64,000 bases of DNA from Octopus vulgaris. Its lineage: Eukaryota. A program made the translations under genes and the position numbers. Below, piece after piece: positions 14,248 through 28,248 of the stretch. The DNA lies in contig OX597831.1 in the NCBI GenBank assembly GCA_951406725.2, positions 11,780,001 to 11,844,000 on the forward strand, written 5' to 3'. The notes under the pieces are model-generated. The model saw only the letters and a list, made by a program, of their open reading frames with translations. It ran no database searches and had not been told where the DNA came from. How positions within the stretch are numbered: position 1 is the stretch's first letter; each line of letters opens with the position of its first letter.

Positions 14248-14488
14248 AAATATATATATGCATGTAGGTATATATATATATATATACTTGTGTGTGTGTG
14301 TGTGTGTCTTCACACACTGTTACTGAAATAAAATATGTATATAATTGTTACTGAAAAATCTTTCCTTCATTTCTTATTTTATCACAACAACGCACATGCA
14401 AAAAAAAATAAGAAGTAAAGAAAAAAAAAGAGAACATATTTTTAAAAAATAACTTTTTAAAAAGCCAGAACCAAGTATATATATATAA

Positions 14489-14548
<60 letters not shown>

Positions 14549-15069
14549 GCATATATATATATATTTGTGTGTGTATGTGAGTGTGTATACATGCATATAA
14601 GTAGACGTAGACATAAACACACGCGCGTAAGCATACAGATATACACATACATATACATATACATATATACATAGATATCTACGTTTATTCTAGCACGTGA
14701 CTATATATTTTTTGGGCATTTTTGCGAGTTTTCTTTCTTTTTTTTTTCTTTGTTTCATAGGGGTGGAGTTTATAGTTTGATAATTCTGAAACAACCCCTT
14801 CTTCCTCGTCGGCCTCTCCCTGTTCTCTCTCCTTACCCCACATCCCCCACTCCCACCCGCCATCTTTTTCATGCTACTAATTTATTAACATCGAACTCAA
14901 AAGATAATCTTTCATATATACATTCCTATCGCCATCATTGTTTTTTTTTTTCTCCTTTTCGAGCTTACTTTAAAAATCACCTCCACTTAGTAAACTGTCA
15001 ACATTATCTTTATCTCAAACACACGCACGCACGCACGCACACAGATGGATGTATGCAAAAATATATATG

Positions 15070-15207
<138 letters not shown>

Positions 15208-15229
15208 TATATACATATATATTTGTATA

Positions 15230-15270
<41 letters not shown>

Positions 15271-15842
15271 TCTCTCTCTCACTCTCTCTAAATATGTATG
15301 TATATATTATCTATACATACGTACATATTCAATACATATATATCCGTTACAACAAACACACACACATGTATATATACTCATATATATATATATATATATA
15401 TATATACTATATATATATATATATTTATATACATAAATCTATATACTTATATATATTGTGTATATATATTTATATACATAAATGTATATAAATATATATA
15501 CACGCATAAGTATGTGTGTATATAGATATATATGTATGTATGTATACATATATATATTTATATGTAAATAGATACTTCACTATACACATAAGTACATAAG
15601 TACATACATACATACATACATACTATTTATATTTAATTCATATCCTACAAATTACCTGAAATAATCTGAGGCCAGGTTACATTGTGTTCGATCTGCTAAC
15701 AAGACTTACATAAAAAACACCAACGCAAACAAAAACACATAACAAAAAAACATAAAAGATTTTTTTTTTCATAAATAAGACTTACCCTGCAAGCATTCTA
15801 TTTATCTCGTGATGAAGATTTGTGATCTCTTTTTGTGAGTAA

Positions 15843-15890
<48 letters not shown>

Positions 15891-16163
15891 GTGTGTGTGT
15901 GTGCGTGTGTGTGTGTGTGTGTGTGTTTGTAGTGAGTACGTTAGCATATGTGTGAATGTTTGTAATTATAATTCTTTGTATGTGTGGGTATATATAAGAT
16001 GTATATACAAATACATGTATACGTGCACTTCTTGATACATACATGCATGCGTATAAATATATGCATATATATATATATATATGTATATACATACATACAT
16101 ATATATATATATATATGCGTGTGTATATATGTATGTACGTATTATAGATATATGTAGGTATAT

Positions 16164-16194
<31 letters not shown>

Positions 16195-16334
16195 CATATA
16201 CCTACATATATCTATAATATCTACATACATATATACACACGCATATATATATATACACATATATTAATAGATACATGTATATGAATGTATGTTTGGAGTT
16301 AAGTGCATATATATATATGTATGTATGTGTATGC

Positions 16335-16370
<36 letters not shown>

Positions 16371-16659
16371 GCATGTGTTTATGTATATGCAGACAGGAAT
16401 ATTGTACTCTGTGTTACTCTGTAGAGTGGGGCGGCGTGTGTGTCTACGTATTTGTACTCATAGGTGTTTCAGAGAACAGTCATAGCCGAGCGGTTATAAG
16501 CTCACTTCGCAATTAATTATTCCCGGGTTCAAGCCACCATATGAAGTGTTGGGCGAGTACCGTTTTACGACTGACTTTGATGCACCGAACACTTGTGAGG
16601 AATATATTCAACAAATATATGCATACGTATATACATACATGCATTACGCATGTGATTAG

Positions 16660-17295
16660 AATCTGTCCTAAATATTTCGTCATGGTACCACCTGTTTATG
16701 CGGCACGATGCTGTTGCTAAAACAATTTACAATGCCATCCACAGAACTGACTGTCCTGAAATAAACTTACAAAATCCCTCTGTTATGGAATACATTCATA
16801 AACACCAACTCAAGGAATACTGTTGGAATATTTCCATCAAAAATTCTGTCAAATGTAAGCATATCAGGCCGGATATTGTCGTTTGGGACAGACAGGCGAA
16901 GTTATGTACCATCATAGAGCTCAGCTACCCTGCAGATATAAATATCACTTTGAAAATCAAAGAAAAAGAGGATATCTATGGACAACTGCTTCGAAGCCTC
17001 CAGCTTCTATATTCAGACTATGACTTCGTATTCATACCAATAATAATTGGAACATTAGGTTTTGTTAGTAAATGCTAAAAGGAGAATCTTGATAAACTGG
17101 GATTTTCAGAAAGAGATAGTGACCGGTTAATTCGTACATTACAAGTGCAATCTGCGAGTGGAACAGTAACAACGTGCAAGACTTTTCTCAAATTCCAAAT
17201 GTGAATTTGTCTCTTAAGTACATCCCAAAGATGGAGTTTTGTCTCTTTGTTGAAAACCGGTTCCCACCCCAGTGGAAGATTTATAATAATTAAAA
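16660..17295 (+). mobile_element. 3' fragment of an R4/Dong-like non-LTR retrotransposon (RLE endonuclease domain)
   Basis: RHDAVAKTIY...RPDIVVWD...IIELSYP...KEKEDIY...IPIIIGTLG fits the RHD/PD..D..E/K..Y restriction-like endonuclease signature; frameshift near 17076, tail ...KTFLKFQM* at ~17204, ends in tataataat. Confidence 0.8.
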
Positions 17296-17309
17296 AATAG
17301 AAGAGACAT

Positions 17310-17330
17310 GCATGGGCAAATGTCTTCTAC

Positions 17331-17380
<50 letters not shown>

Positions 17381-17591
17381 TGTTTGTACCTCCATCACCA
17401 TTTTACAACTTGTGTTTGTGTGTTTACATCCGCGTAACCTAGCGGTTCGGTAAAAGGGTCCTACAGAATAAGTACTGAGCTTCAGAAATAAGTGATGAGG
17501 TCAATTTGTCCGATTAAAAACCCTTGAAAGGGATGCTCACTCCAGCATGGCCGCAGTGAAATTACTGCAACAAGTAAAAGAATAAATGAAT
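17310..17591 (+). mobile_element. SINE B, 5' truncated
   Basis: gggcaaatgtcttctactat, (TG)n, tail ccagcatggccgcagtgaaattactg. Confidence 0.75.
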
Positions 17592-17890
17592 TGTTGTGGC
17601 GAGAGTCACGGCACCTCTGCGAGAAAAGACTGATCGAACGATTATGATTAGTAGCGGTATGAGTGAAGGACAGAGAGAGAGTAGGAGTTAATGGCCGGAA
17701 GTCATAAGGTGTCATTTTGGTCTTTTGTCGGAATATCGTTTGTTGGTTCGTGTATAGTTCGTGGAGAGTTTGTTGGATTGTTGCGTTGTTGTTCCTCCGC
17801 TTCGTTATATATTCTATTGTTACTACACGGTTATAGTGTAAAAAAAAATATCGTTATAACAGTAGGCGATACGACAATATTGGCGACGAG
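17592..17890 (+). mobile_element. LTR (17592-17876) and primer-binding site (17881-17890) of a Gypsy-like retrotransposon
   Basis: TGTTGT...ACGACA inverted termini followed 4 nt later by TGGCGACGAG, a PBS typical of Mag-type Gypsy elements, directly upstream of a gag-like region. Confidence 0.7.
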
Positions 17891-17946
17891 AGTTCGATGC
17901 TCGCGCAGGTCAGTAAACAAATATTTATGATACAAAGTTGTTGATT

Positions 17947-18455
17947 ATGGAAGACCTGTTAGTTTCTATGATACAATTTCAAAAGCAACGGCAAAAACGG
18001 CAACACGAGTTGCAGCAACAACTACACCAGCAACAAGGAATTTGGGAAACACTACAAATTCGTTTTTACCAGACAGCGTATCGAACTCTATAACAAAATT
18101 CAGTTATGACCAAGAGGAGGGTATAACGTTTGCGGCGTACTTCAGAAAGTACGAAGAAATCTTCGGGGAATCTTGCAGGTCATGGACGGACGAGGAAAAA
18201 GTAAAACTATTATCATGTAAATTAGCTCCGTCAGAACATGAAAGATATTGTAATTTTATAATACACACTCCACAAAAAAAAAACCTAGTGTAATTTGTTT
18301 CTAGGAAACAGTCGAATTACTATAAAAAATGTTCAGTGATAAGAGTTCTCTATTTAACATTCGATGAGAGTGTTGGAATCTAGTTAAAAAAGATGAAGAT
18401 TTTGTCATGTATGCCGGGACCACGAACACAATGTGCGAAAGGTTTAATCTGAAGC
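17947..18455 (+). pseudogene. Disrupted Gypsy-type gag
   Basis: ATG at 17947, Q-rich start, then ITKFSYDQEEGITFAAYFRKYEEIF...WTDEEKVKLL..KL...EHERYCNFI...ETVELL..MFSDKSSLFNIR...YAG..N.MCERF across frameshifts and stops; resembles gag N-termini of invertebrate K02A2.6-like Gypsy polyproteins. Confidence 0.7.
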
Positions 18456-18784
18456 AGAAATCAGAGGCTGATGAGCAATGTGTACCTACGGAATCGTATG
18501 GATGGGTGACTGGCTACTGCCGTACTAACCCCAAGAAACAGGGTTTCACAAAACCAGAAAGAACGTGGTAATTTAAATAATTACAGCTACAAGCTAACAG
18601 CAGTGAAATTGTGTGAAACCTCTAAGAAGTTTGACATATATTAAGATCCACATATCTGACGATATAGACACCAGTACGCATGTTTCAATGTGCTCAAATG
18701 AGGGCATATATATGTACATATTCATATATAAACGCATGCAAGCACGCAGGCATACGAACACACACATACATGAATACACACATA

Positions 18785-20041
18785 CAGGGCTTGGACAAAA
18801 TAATGGAAACACCTTCAAATGTCAAACAAATTTATTTCAATATGGGGTAGGTCCACCTTTGGCAGTAATTACTGCTTGAATTCTACGATGTATGAACTCG
18901 TACAAATTTTGAACTGTTTCCAAAGGAATTTTTGTCCATTCATCAGCCAAAACAGTTTCCAGTTTTTGTAGTGATGATGGTAGAGGATGTCGACTCCTTA
19001 ACTGTTTTTCTAAAATGCACCATAAATATTCAATAATGTTGAATTCTGGGTACTGTGGTGGCAAGATAAGATGTTCAACTTCACTAGAATGTTCCTCGTG
19101 CCATTCAGTAGCAACTTTAGCTGTGTGAATTGGTGCATTATGATCCTGAAAGATTGTGTTTCCCTCCGGAAACAGTTCTGCAACCATAGGATGAATCTGA
19201 TCAGAGAAAATGCTTAAATAGTCTTTGACTATTAATTCAGGCCATGAAGGGAAGCCATTGGGCCGATGTATTTTCACGATATAGCCCCCACCACCACCAC
19301 CAAATCATCACAGATCCTCCTCCATGTTTAACAGTTGGAAGAAGACAGTCTGGGTCAAATGCTTCTTTTGGCTGTCTCCACACGTATACTCGGCCGGTGG
19401 TCGGAAATAAGGTAAAGAATGACTCGACCGAGAAAATAACATTCTTCCACTGCTCTAGGTACCAATTCTGTGGGTTTTTACTCCACTCTAAACGCTTTGC
19501 AATGTTTGTTTTTGAAAGTAGCGGTTTTCTGATTGCAGCCCTCCCGTGAAATCCGGCTTTGTGCAGCTCCAGGCGAACAGATTTTGTGGAAACTAGGTTC
19601 TCGAGGTGGTCATTAAGTTCTACAGTAATTTTGGGAGCTGTAAGAGTCCGACGGTCCCTATCTGAAAGTTTTGGTTTTCTTCCAGAGTTTTGTTTCGACG
19701 AGGGGGGGGTTCCTTCTTTCTCAAAAGCTGTCATTACTTTCGAGACCATTACTTCTTGATACACCAAACATTTCGGCTGTTTTTGTTACGGTAGCGCCTT
19801 CCATACGAGCACCAACAATTTGAACTCTTTCAAAGTTTGACAGATCTGCCATTTTAATGAATTATAATTACCTTTTTTGATGATATCTGAAAAGAAACAG
19901 CAATTTTAGCGAAACATATTAAGCAACACTAATATTAAATAAAAAAAACATAAAAATAAACAAGTTTTTGACGGTTTTATAGATATTTCAAAATTATGAT
20001 ACTATGATGCTAGGTGTTTCCATTATTTTGACCAACCCCTG
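18785..20041 (-). mobile_element. Tc1-like DNA transposon, full length (1257 bp)
   Basis: 30-bp TIRs cagggcttggacaaaataatggaaacacct / aggtgtttccattattttgaccaacccctg (2 mismatches); TA target duplication at 18783-84 and 20042-43. Confidence 0.95.
18837..19852 (-). pseudogene. Tc1 (DD34E-type) transposase pseudogene
   Basis: MADLSNFERVQIVGAR...SGRKPKLSDRDRR...RKPLLS...WKNVIFSVES...HGGGSVMIW...IFQDHNAPIH...YPEFNIIEYLW...KGGPTPY*; at least two frameshifts, and the first catalytic motif FSDES reads FSVES. Confidence 0.9.
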
Positions 20042-20052
20042 TATATACATAA

Positions 20053-20137
<85 letters not shown>

Positions 20138-20614
20138 TGTATGTATGTATGTATACGTGTATTTGTGTGTGTGTGTGATATTTAATAAACATATGTTCTT
20201 TGTAGTAGTTGGAACGTTGAAAAACCAGTAAAAAAAAGAAAAAGAAAACGAGAAAAGAGCAAAGAGTGAGAACAGTTAGCGTTATGTCCCCTTTGGTCGT
20301 AAAGTCATAAGTCTGAAATAATAGTGGCCTAGATTCCACGGTACAACTGCTCAATTCGGAGAAGCTGGTAGTTTCCTATTCGCCAACGGGAACTTATCAA
20401 TATATTAACAACCGCTGAAAATTTCAGATCTAGAATTCAGCAGTACGGTTGAGTTCCTAGACCTGAAAAAGATCTGTGTTGTTTCATCTACGCATTGCAT
20501 ACAACTTTTAGATTTGTTGCGATAAGGTGTGTACTTTTCAACTATTTTCCACTTTGCTGTATGTGGTGCGGTATTAGATTTCAAACCCCATATCTAGCGA
20601 ACCAACCCACCATC

Positions 20615-20797
20615 TTGAAACGAGCACTTTATAAAGAGGACTTGGCTTCAATCCCAGACACTTTTCTACTTGAAAATGTTTGTAACATCTGCAGTCGGGT
20701 CGGTTCGTTTAGAGCCGGACTTGCTACTCCTCTGAAATCTCATAACAACACTTACTAATTGAAGAGATGGACTTCTGCTAAGAAGGAATTACCTCGC
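20615..20797 (+). mobile_element. Probable RTE/BovB-like LINE 3' end
   Basis: CNICSRVGSFRAGLATPLKSH resembles the C-terminal CxxC.R.C.SR.GL.SH..SH finger of RTE ORFs. Confidence 0.45.
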
Positions 20798-21391
20798 GAG
20801 TGTATGTATGTAGATATGTGTGTGTCATCTTAGTTAAAATATCTCAAGCGACAGAACGTTTTCTATCATATTACACACGCATACACACACACTCTCAAAC
20901 ACACACATATGTGCGTATGCACATGAACGGGTGTATGTATGAATGTATGTATGTATATATGCATACGTATGTGTGCATACACGTATCTATGTATGTATAA
21001 TGAGACCCCGCGTGAATATTTGCTTAAAATAATTTTTTCGTGCAGATTATTCGCTTCTTTGTGCAATTATGAAAAGAGGACTGGCGGAAAAGAAAAAGAA
21101 AAAGAAATTGAAAGACAGATAAGCTACGGAGAGCAAGGGTGCCGGGTGGCATGGAGAGCGAAAGCAAGGAAGAGAAGCAGAAGCTGTGAGATGAAATAAA
21201 ACATTAAAAGATGGCAAATCTAAAGATAAGTTTTCTTCAGAGATGGAGTTAAAAAGTAATAATGTTTACACTATCAGTAGCAACAATTGGAGGGGGAGGG
21301 TTGGAGGAGGGGGAGAAGGAGGAGGAAGAGGGGGAGGGGGAAAATAAGATGATGATGGTCGCGTAATAATACTATCAATAATATTAACGAC

Positions 21392-21669
21392 AGAAGGAGG
21401 AGGAGGTGGAGGAGAAGAAGAAGAAGAAGAAGAAAAGAAGAAGAAGAAGAAGAAGAAGAAGAAGAAGAAGAAGAAGAAGAAGAGGAAGGAGAAGGAGGAG
21501 GAGGAGAAGGAGGAAGAAGAAGAAGAAGAAGAAGAAGAAGAAGAAGAAGAAGAAGAGGAGAAGGAGGAGGAGAAGGAGGAAGAAGAAGAAGAAGAAGAAG
21601 AAGAAGAAGAAGAAGAAGAAGAAGAAGAAGAAGAAGAAGAAGAAGAAGAAGAAGAAGAAGAAGAAGAAG
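21392..21669. repeat. (GAA)n/(GGA)n polypurine tract
   Basis: Direct inspection; source of the poly-K/R ORF. Confidence 0.95.
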
Positions 21670-22547
21670 CTGCTTTCAGATATTGAAAATAAAAATAAAA
21701 TTATTAATATTTGAACTTGTTGAATGTTTCCTGAAGTTATACAGAAAATAAAACAGTTTTAAAAGTGTGTCTATGCACATTTTTACAAAAGTTCATAGGT
21801 CATAGTTACAATGATTTCAAATACAGTTAGATCTAACGTTTTGGACAAGTGTTTTCCTTCAAACGGAAAGAAAATATAGAGGTTGATATAAAAAAAATGA
21901 AATGAGGACCGGAAACGATTTGATCGACGAGAAACCCTTCAAGGCAGCAGCAAATCTTTGGCTGAAACATCTAAAAGACAGAAAATGGAAAAGAAAAACC
22001 AGGAAAAAAGGTTAAAAAGATAATCACGAATAATATATTACGAAAATGAAAACACGTACAAATTTCATTGAAACAGCCGACAACCAACACTTATGTACTT
22101 ACAACGTTTTTTCACTCGAATTATTTCACGCGCTTTACTTTTTTGGTTTTATAATTTGTCCTTTATCGAATTAAGATTTAAGTTTGTTTTGCCGTCTAAT
22201 TTAATTCTCACTCGTTCCCACTCTCGTGTTCATCCACTCGTGGAGTTTTTAGGCATATCGCATAATATTGTTGCTGTAATCCCCGCTCGAAACTGTGATT
22301 CTTCTCACGACAAACTATTTCTGATAACTAATTTGTTGTATGTTTATTTACAGATTGTATTTCACACTAATTAGTCGATAATTAGTCACGTTTGCTATCG
22401 ACGAACATGAAGATCCTGGCGAAGTGGAGAAGAATGAGTGAGAGACTAATATCACATTCCGTGTGTGTGTGTGTCTGCGTGTGTACATATGCACAAACAT
22501 ATATGCATATGGTATGTGTGTGAGTGTATATATATATACATATACAT

Positions 22548-22607
<60 letters not shown>

Positions 22608-22731
22608 TTATATAGATATATAGATATAAATATGTATGTCTGGTATGTATGTATAACACGGCTGTTTATACATATATAAAATACAAACATGTGAGTTAAT
22701 TTCATTCTAAATGCCTAAATGTATGTAAGTT

Positions 22732-22790
<59 letters not shown>

Positions 22791-23197
22791 GCAAACATAC
22801 GTACGCATATGCAAACCTATGTACGTACAAACATAGATACATACATAGTTCGGACGGTGTCTGAGTTGGTAAGAATGTCGCTGTGAAACCATGAGATTCC
22901 GGGTTCGATCCCACTGTACATTTTGAGCAAGTACCTTTATGTTGAGAGTGAATTTAAGATGTCACAATTATTTCAGAAACCTTTCCACGGACTGCATCGG
23001 TAAATCAAACCTACAACCTTGTCACGCACCCGCGTCGCGCTTACTTTTCGGAGAATTACTTTAGGGGTACATATATCTATCTTTTCTACAGATGCATACA
23101 CCCTTAAATGTAATTTATCCAGTTTCTTCGCAAATGCAGGGCCATTGTCATTCGATTGGCCGAACAAGCGAATGGTCAAGCGTCAATATGAAAGGCG

Positions 23198-23352
23198 TGG
23201 CTAAGTCATAGGATGTTTGCATCCCGGTCGCATGGTCCAGGGTTCAATCTCACTGCATGATACCTTGGATAAGTATCTTCTACTAGAGCCCCAGGATGAC
23301 CAACAATCTCGTGACGTGTGGATTTGAGAGATGAATTTTGAAAAAGCCCTGC

Positions 23353-23449
<97 letters not shown>

Positions 23450-23675
23450 GTGTGTGTCTGTCTGTCTGTCTATGTTTGTCCGTCGACACTGCTCGACAAG
23501 CGATGTTGGTTTATTTGCTTCCCCGTAATTTAATCATTCAGCAAAAAAAAAAAACCGATAGAATAAGCGCCAGACTTATGAATAAGTACTGGAGGGCAAT
23601 TTCTTTTATTAAACTCCTCAATGAAGTGTTTTAGCATAACTGCAGTCCAATGACTGAGACAAATAGAGGAAAAAA
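23198..23675 (+). mobile_element. SINE B, diverged, with long internal (TG)n
   Basis: gggttcaatctcactgc...accttggataagtatcttctact, ~110-bp (TG)n, tail cagtccaatgactg. Confidence 0.75.
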
Positions 23676-23680
23676 GGATA

Positions 23681-23769
<89 letters not shown>

Positions 23770-23772
<3 letters not shown>

Positions 23773-24955
23773 TAGATATATTTCGACCAAAGATTGGTCC
23801 ACGCCAATCTAACTTAAGGTCTAACTTAATAGCACCACCTGATAGGATTATCTAAATCCTTTTTAAGTCAAGTTCTGTGGTATCATGCTCCATTCAAGTA
23901 GGGAATTCTTGTTGAGTGAGTTGTATCAAGGTATAGGGTGGCTTATCTGGTATTCCTTGAAGAAATTTTTCCAGAAACCTTTTAAAAGTGATGGGATCCT
24001 TTTCCTCTTTCATCAGTTTTGGGACAATGTTAAATAGGGCAGGGCCTGTTGAGGAAAATAAATTGTGTCGCAGTGTACCTACATGTTGTGTTCCTGAATT
24101 GGCCAAGGAACGTACGACTCGTGGTCTCAGCCTTGGATGAACCTTGAAGCTAATGTTCAGGTCGTTTGGGTAATGCTGGTGGTATATTCTCCAAATCGTG
24201 CAAATGGTGTGCCGCTCGCGACGGCGGAAGAGAGAGTAGAGTTTCAAGTCTTTAAGACGGTTCCAGTAATCTAAATCACTCATGCCTTTAATTCGTTTAG
24301 TGAATTCCCTCGAGGTAATTCAATTTCCGAGATGTTTTGTATGGAGAGACCACATGGGGCAGCAGTATTCGAGATGTGGCCGTACAAAGGAAGAGAATAG
24401 GGGAATGATGACACCTTGTTCTCTGGACGGGAATGTTCTTAAGATCCAGGAGCTCATCCTACGAGCTATATCGACCTTATTGTTGATGTTGGCACTCCAA
24501 CTGAGATTGTTGTCAACAATTGCACCTAGGTCTCTAATGTTATTAGATGCTGTGAGCGGTTCCCCTGAAGGAAGAGAATATGGCTGTTTTAGTATAGACT
24601 TTTTTACAAAATGTATCACTTCAAATTTTCCCTCGTTTAGTTGCATTTTGTTTTTGTCTGCCCATTGACTCACAGCATTTAGATCAGACTGGAATTGAGT
24701 TCGGTCTGCTTCTTCATTGATGATTTGCTGGAGCTTAGTGTCATCAGCAAATATTTTCACTTTGCAGTGTTTTACAACACTGGAAAGGTCGTTTATGTAG
24801 ATTATATAGAGTAGCGGGCCCAAAACATTCCCCTGAGGGACACCATTAGTGACTTTTACTGGGCTTGAGTGGACTCCATCGACCACAATATGTTGTGTTC
24901 TATTCGTCAGGAAATACTCAATCCAGCGTAGAAGTTTTCCACAAATTCCAACATT
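23770..24955 (-). mobile_element. 5'-truncated CR1/L2-group LINE (RT domain to 3'UTR), frameshifted
   Basis: GVPQGNVLGPLLYIIYINDL...KIFADDTKL...RDLG...VRPHLEYCCPMWS, then LKLYSLFRRRER...GPALFNIVP; flanked by (TA)n on both sides. Confidence 0.92.
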
Positions 24956-24975
24956 ATATATATATATATAAATAT

Positions 24976-25016
<41 letters not shown>

Positions 25017-25281
25017 ATATATTTAGAGGTGCAGTGCATTTTTATCAGTGACCAGGTAGTAGTTGGCGTTACGATAATTTAGACCTCATATAACAATAAA
25101 TATTTAAGTGACGTTAACAGATTTCGAGTGTTTCTGATAGGTTAACATGTGTCTTCCTCGCTGCAGTAGATTTAGATTCAGAACAGCTTTCAGATAAAAT
25201 CATTTGCTTGGCAAGAACACCCTACAAAAATATATATACACATACACATACACACACAGATATATTCATGTGCATATATGC

Positions 25282-25328
<47 letters not shown>

Positions 25329-25353
25329 CAAATAAGTAACTAGGATGTCCATG

Positions 25354-25451
25354 TATTAGTGCATTACGGCCGTTTCGGGCGGCTCCATTTAATCGAACAA
25401 TGCAAGCATTACATCAATTTGAGGTACACCGTCATCTTCGGATGCATAATA
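25354..25451 (-). ncRNA. Degenerate type I hammerhead ribozyme motif (Penelope-like remnant)
   Basis: Minus strand: UAUUAUGCAU-CCGAAGA-UGACGG...CCGCCC-GAAAC-GGCC-GUA-AUGCACUAAUA; 10-bp stem I with one bulge, palindromic GGCC loop III; core CUGA reads CCGA. Confidence 0.6.
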
Positions 25452-25781
25452 TAGGTTTTCAACACACAGAACGTAACGGCAGACGAAATAACGCTAAGTA
25501 TTTCGCTCGATGTACTAACGTTTCTGCCAGCTCGCCGCCTTAAAAGAAGATATATATTAAGAGGAAAGAGTATGGGTGTATTTATGTATATATGTATGCA
25601 TGTATGTCTGTCTGTATGTACGTATGTATGTATTATGTATGTATGTATTTGTATGTATGTATGTATGAATTTGTATGTATGTATGTATGTAGATAAAACT
25701 TACTTGGAAGAGGATGCGTGGCGTTCAATCATATAATAATATAAATAATATATATATATGCATATATACATACATCTATAC

Positions 25782-25838
<57 letters not shown>

Positions 25839-25851
25839 TACATCTATACGT

Positions 25852-25896
<45 letters not shown>

Positions 25897-25909
25897 TACA
25901 TCTATACGT

Positions 25910-25960
<51 letters not shown>

Positions 25961-27913
25961 TGTGGGCACATGACGTCACGAAACGTGTACAACAAAAAAA
26001 TACGAAGTACGAAAACATGGAATATGAACTATTCTTTCGAACTACGAAAGACACAAGTGGAAAACATGACAAACAACATAAAGAACGACCCTTCATCAGT
26101 TGTTGGCTGTTGGACAGATGGATGGCTGTATAGATGGATGCACGTATGTATGTATGTATTATGTATGAGTGCAAGGATGGATAGATGGGAGCACGAATGG
26201 ACGGATGGATTGATGGATCGATGGATGGACGTATGCATGTATGTATGTATGTATGTATGTATGTATACACGTTTCTATTTGTATGTATGCAGATATATGT
26301 ACACATACCTGTCCGAATGATTATTGTCTCACCTCGCACTCACGAAGCACTGCGTTAATTTCCGTTCCGGAGCATTTTGGCTGTTTCTGCCATCTCTTTG
26401 GTTCGATCCAACATTTATTAATGAAACTGAAGAGACGGAAACTGTACGGAAGCTTTTCTGGTGTAGCGTACGCTTAATCTAAAGAACACGCTTGTCATGT
26501 TGATTTGCATTAATGATACACACGTCTGCGGGATACTCTGCCACTAACACTAAAACACAATGAAGAAGTAGTTCAGTGGATAAGGCAGTTTGGATACTCC
26601 TCGTCGAAGTAGACGAAGGATTGTTTTTACTATATGATTATGGTTATGTCTGTATAAAAGTTTATTATTATTTATAATATTCTTAAATTTATAAGCTACA
26701 ATTTTACGAAAATGAGATAACGAGTGTACACACACACACACACAGACACACACACACTCACACACACACGTACACACACATACACATATATATATGCACG
26801 TATATATAAATGTATGTGTATGCATATGTTTATATATATACACGCATATATCTATATACATATATATATGCGCGTATGTATACATATATATATATGTGTG
26901 TGTATATATATATGTGTGTGTGTGTTGTGTATGTGTATGTGTGTGTTTATATGTATACACACCGCACATATTTAATATGTTACATACATATATATATATA
27001 CATAATACTTACATATACTTGCATACAAACGTACATATATGTACAAACGCATATATCTACATAAATACATACATATAAGCATACATACATACTTGCGTAC
27101 ATACATATATGCATAAATACATACATACATACACGCATACATACATGCATACATACATGCATACATAAATAGACAACGAGAAACTAAGATATTCTTTATC
27201 ATTTGAAGCGATCCAATATTTTGTAGACAAAGTAGCAAATTTGATTGGTGGTTTTTCATTCTTTGCTTATTTACATATACGCTTGTATATCTAAATTAAT
27301 TAAAACGAAGGTTAATGACATCAGCTTAGAACTGAAGACGTCTGGCAGACTCTAGACTTCAGGTTCCTCACCAACTACCTCATGGCGCTGCCCACAAAAC
27401 GAAATAACACTAGCTAATTATTATGGAGTAAGGATGGCAATTCTTGATAGATTCTTTGATAAATATAAGATAAATTTCCAAACCGTGGGGGAGGTTATTT
27501 GAGCAGATTATCTTCTCTTCTCATACTGTCAGCACGGAATTTACACGTGACACAATTTTATGCAAATTAGCGCGAAGTCAGTGAAGGATTTTTGTGGATA
27601 AAAGACACCATAATTAGTTAGCCTGGGTTCCAGTTTTAACTACATCCTCCAGATCCTTCGAAGTTACTAACGTATTGGTATCAGGTACTTCATGAATGGT
27701 TTGTGTGTGTGTGTGTACGTGTGTTGGTGTAATGCTTCATGTTTCTTGGTTAAATGTTTCCAATTGCATCCCTTAATGGTTTTTCGGAGAATAAATTAAC
27801 GTGTTAAGCTTCCTCTCCACATCGCGTTGTTGTGCAGTAAAACCTGTAACCATTATTTTACTTATCATTATGTAAGAACTCATTATGGTGAGTAATTGAA
27901 AATAAGTACATGA

Positions 27914-27992
<79 letters not shown>

Positions 27993-27996
27993 TATA

Positions 27997-28030
<34 letters not shown>

Positions 28031-28214
28031 CATATATGTATATGAATGTTTAAGTGTGTACATAAAAAGATATATGTATTATGTGCGTATCTGTGTGTGT
28101 GTGTATACATATATATATATAAATTATATACATATACATGTATATATACACATACATGTATATATACATACATTTGTATCTATTTATGTATCTGCATGTA
28201 TATGTATATGCATT

Positions 28215-28248
<34 letters not shown>

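Noticed and set aside
16660-17295. R4/Dong LINE as the mobilising partner of SINE A
   Set aside because: No shared 3' sequence seen, and the LINE ends in (TAA)n on its sense strand whereas SINE A is followed by (ATT)n.
21406-21714. Protamine-like poly-K/R ORF
   Set aside because: Simple (GAA)n/(GGA)n repeat.
25957-26112. CTGATGAAGGG (minus strand) as a further hammerhead
   Set aside because: No properly placed stem II/GAAAC partner found; probably a truncated repeat fragment.
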